Assembly: GCA_002794465.1 (NCBI GenBank)
Contig: MTSL01000036.1
Location: 1-5,935, forward strand
DNA length: 5,935 bases
Direction of reading: 5' to 3'
DNA from: Paramicrosporidium saccamoebae KSL3
Lineage: Eukaryota; Fungi; Cryptomycota
The notes below the pieces were generated by a model, which saw only the letters and a list, made by a program, of their open reading frames with translations, ran no database searches and was not told the DNA's origin. The position numbers were made by a program, and so were the translations under genes. This document shows positions 5,189 to 5,935 of this stretch, in pieces (position 1 is the first letter of the stretch; every line of letters begins with the position of its first letter).

Positions 5189-5935
5189 TTATTGGGGCTT
5201 TCGGTGTGAAGGATGAAGAAGGCGATAATCCGCGCTGTCTTGGTCAATTTCGAAATCTGGATCATTAAAGAGGTCTGTAAAGCGATCATCTTTGAGCAGC
5301 GCCTTGGCAGTATCTCTGGCCCTTTTCTTATTCTTGATATCCTTGCTGGACACTTCCTGTTCCTCATCCACCTCAACATTCTGTTCTTCAACAAGCTTGG
5401 TAGCCAGACTACGATTGACTTTGGCAGATTTTGAGGGATCGCGGGCTCGAATGCGAGATTGCCGCTCTTTCTCCAATTTCTCCAGCTTCTTGCGAGCCAG
5501 ATATTCCTCGTAGGCAAAGGGATTGGCAATGGCCTTTGCCTTTTCGTAGAGCCGCAGATCGATGAAATATCCGTGCATGTAGGCACGAAGAAGATTACTG
5601 CCTACCAAATGGTCCAGACCGAGCTGGGCCAACTCTGACTTTGTGACAAATTTAAAGTTGTCATATACAGCGACGTTTTGAGAGGAATCCTCCTCCATCT
5701 CCTCAGTCATGTTTTCCAGGAAGGAGCACCACCGCGGAGCTGGCCCTAACGAGGGAACAAAGTAAGCCGAGATTGGCGACCCTTCATTGGCAACCAAAAT
5801 GAGGCCTGTACCCTGCTGGAGGGTGAAATCGTTCACATCTTGCTCCGACTCGATAGTGGTAAATAGCCGTGATGAGGGATCATTGGAGCCGGACCGCCAG
5901 AATCGGATAGACCTCTTATCGGCGGAAGTGAGCAT
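5189..5935 (-). CDS. ENP2: ENP2/NOL10 small-subunit ribosome biogenesis protein, 5'-partial (end of WD40 region through NUC153 motif)
   Basis: Contains the family signatures LGPAPRWCSFLENMTEEMEE, VYDNFKFVT, LLRAYMHGYF, ANPFAYEEY and the NUC153-like DDRFTDLFNDPDFEIDQDSADYRLLHP. The Met at the window edge is probably internal. Stop TAA at 5191-5189. Confidence 0.96.
   Translation of the reverse strand: MLTSADKRSIRFWRSGSNDPSSRLFTTIESEQDVNDFTLQQGTGLILVANEGSPISAYFVPSLGPAPRWCSFLENMTEEMEEDSSQNVAVYDNFKFVTKSELAQLGLDHLVGSNLLRAYMHGYFIDLRLYEKAKAIANPFAYEEYLARKKLEKLEKERQSRIRARDPSKSAKVNRSLATKLVEEQNVEVDEEQEVSSKDIKNKKRARDTAKALLKDDRFTDLFNDPDFEIDQDSADYRLLHPSHRKPQ

Noticed and set aside
186-5586. Remaining short antisense or alternate-frame ORFs in the track (for example 186..407, 929..1180, 1230..1499, 2180..2380, 3704..4111, 4267..4668, 5167..5586)
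   Set aside because: All overlap well-supported genes and show no recognisable motifs. They are expected shadow ORFs.

Overview
This is compact, gene-dense eukaryotic DNA that looks fungal or opisthokont. It uses the standard genetic code and has six very short GT-AG introns of 28-36 nt. Gene order: the 3' part of an endonuclease III gene (NTH1, +); a three-exon CYSTM-type Pro/Tyr/Gln-rich, Cys-tailed protein (+); three tandem, highly diverged plasma-membrane-type (syntaxin-1/Sso, Qa) syntaxin genes (+); tRNA-Arg(ACG) (+); and the 3' part of ENP2/NOL10 (-). The ORF track splits or mis-ends three of these genes, so I rebuilt them by hand from splice signals and paralog alignment. The most striking observation is the first syntaxin. 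It has an intact Habc and Qa-SNARE region but no transmembrane anchor, and ends in a basic stretch plus a CaaX-like box (RNIRKLH-CSVV-stop) exactly where its two neighbours start their TM helix, making it a candidate prenylated syntaxin. Other points: the three paralogs share no intron position, CCAAT boxes are enriched ahead of the Pol II genes, two unrelated 7-bp tandem arrays lie just past stop codons, and ENP2 appears C-terminally truncated. Tiny introns and short spacers suggest a reduced early-diverging fungal lineage such as Rozellomycota or basal microsporidia. That is inference only, and no database search was run.
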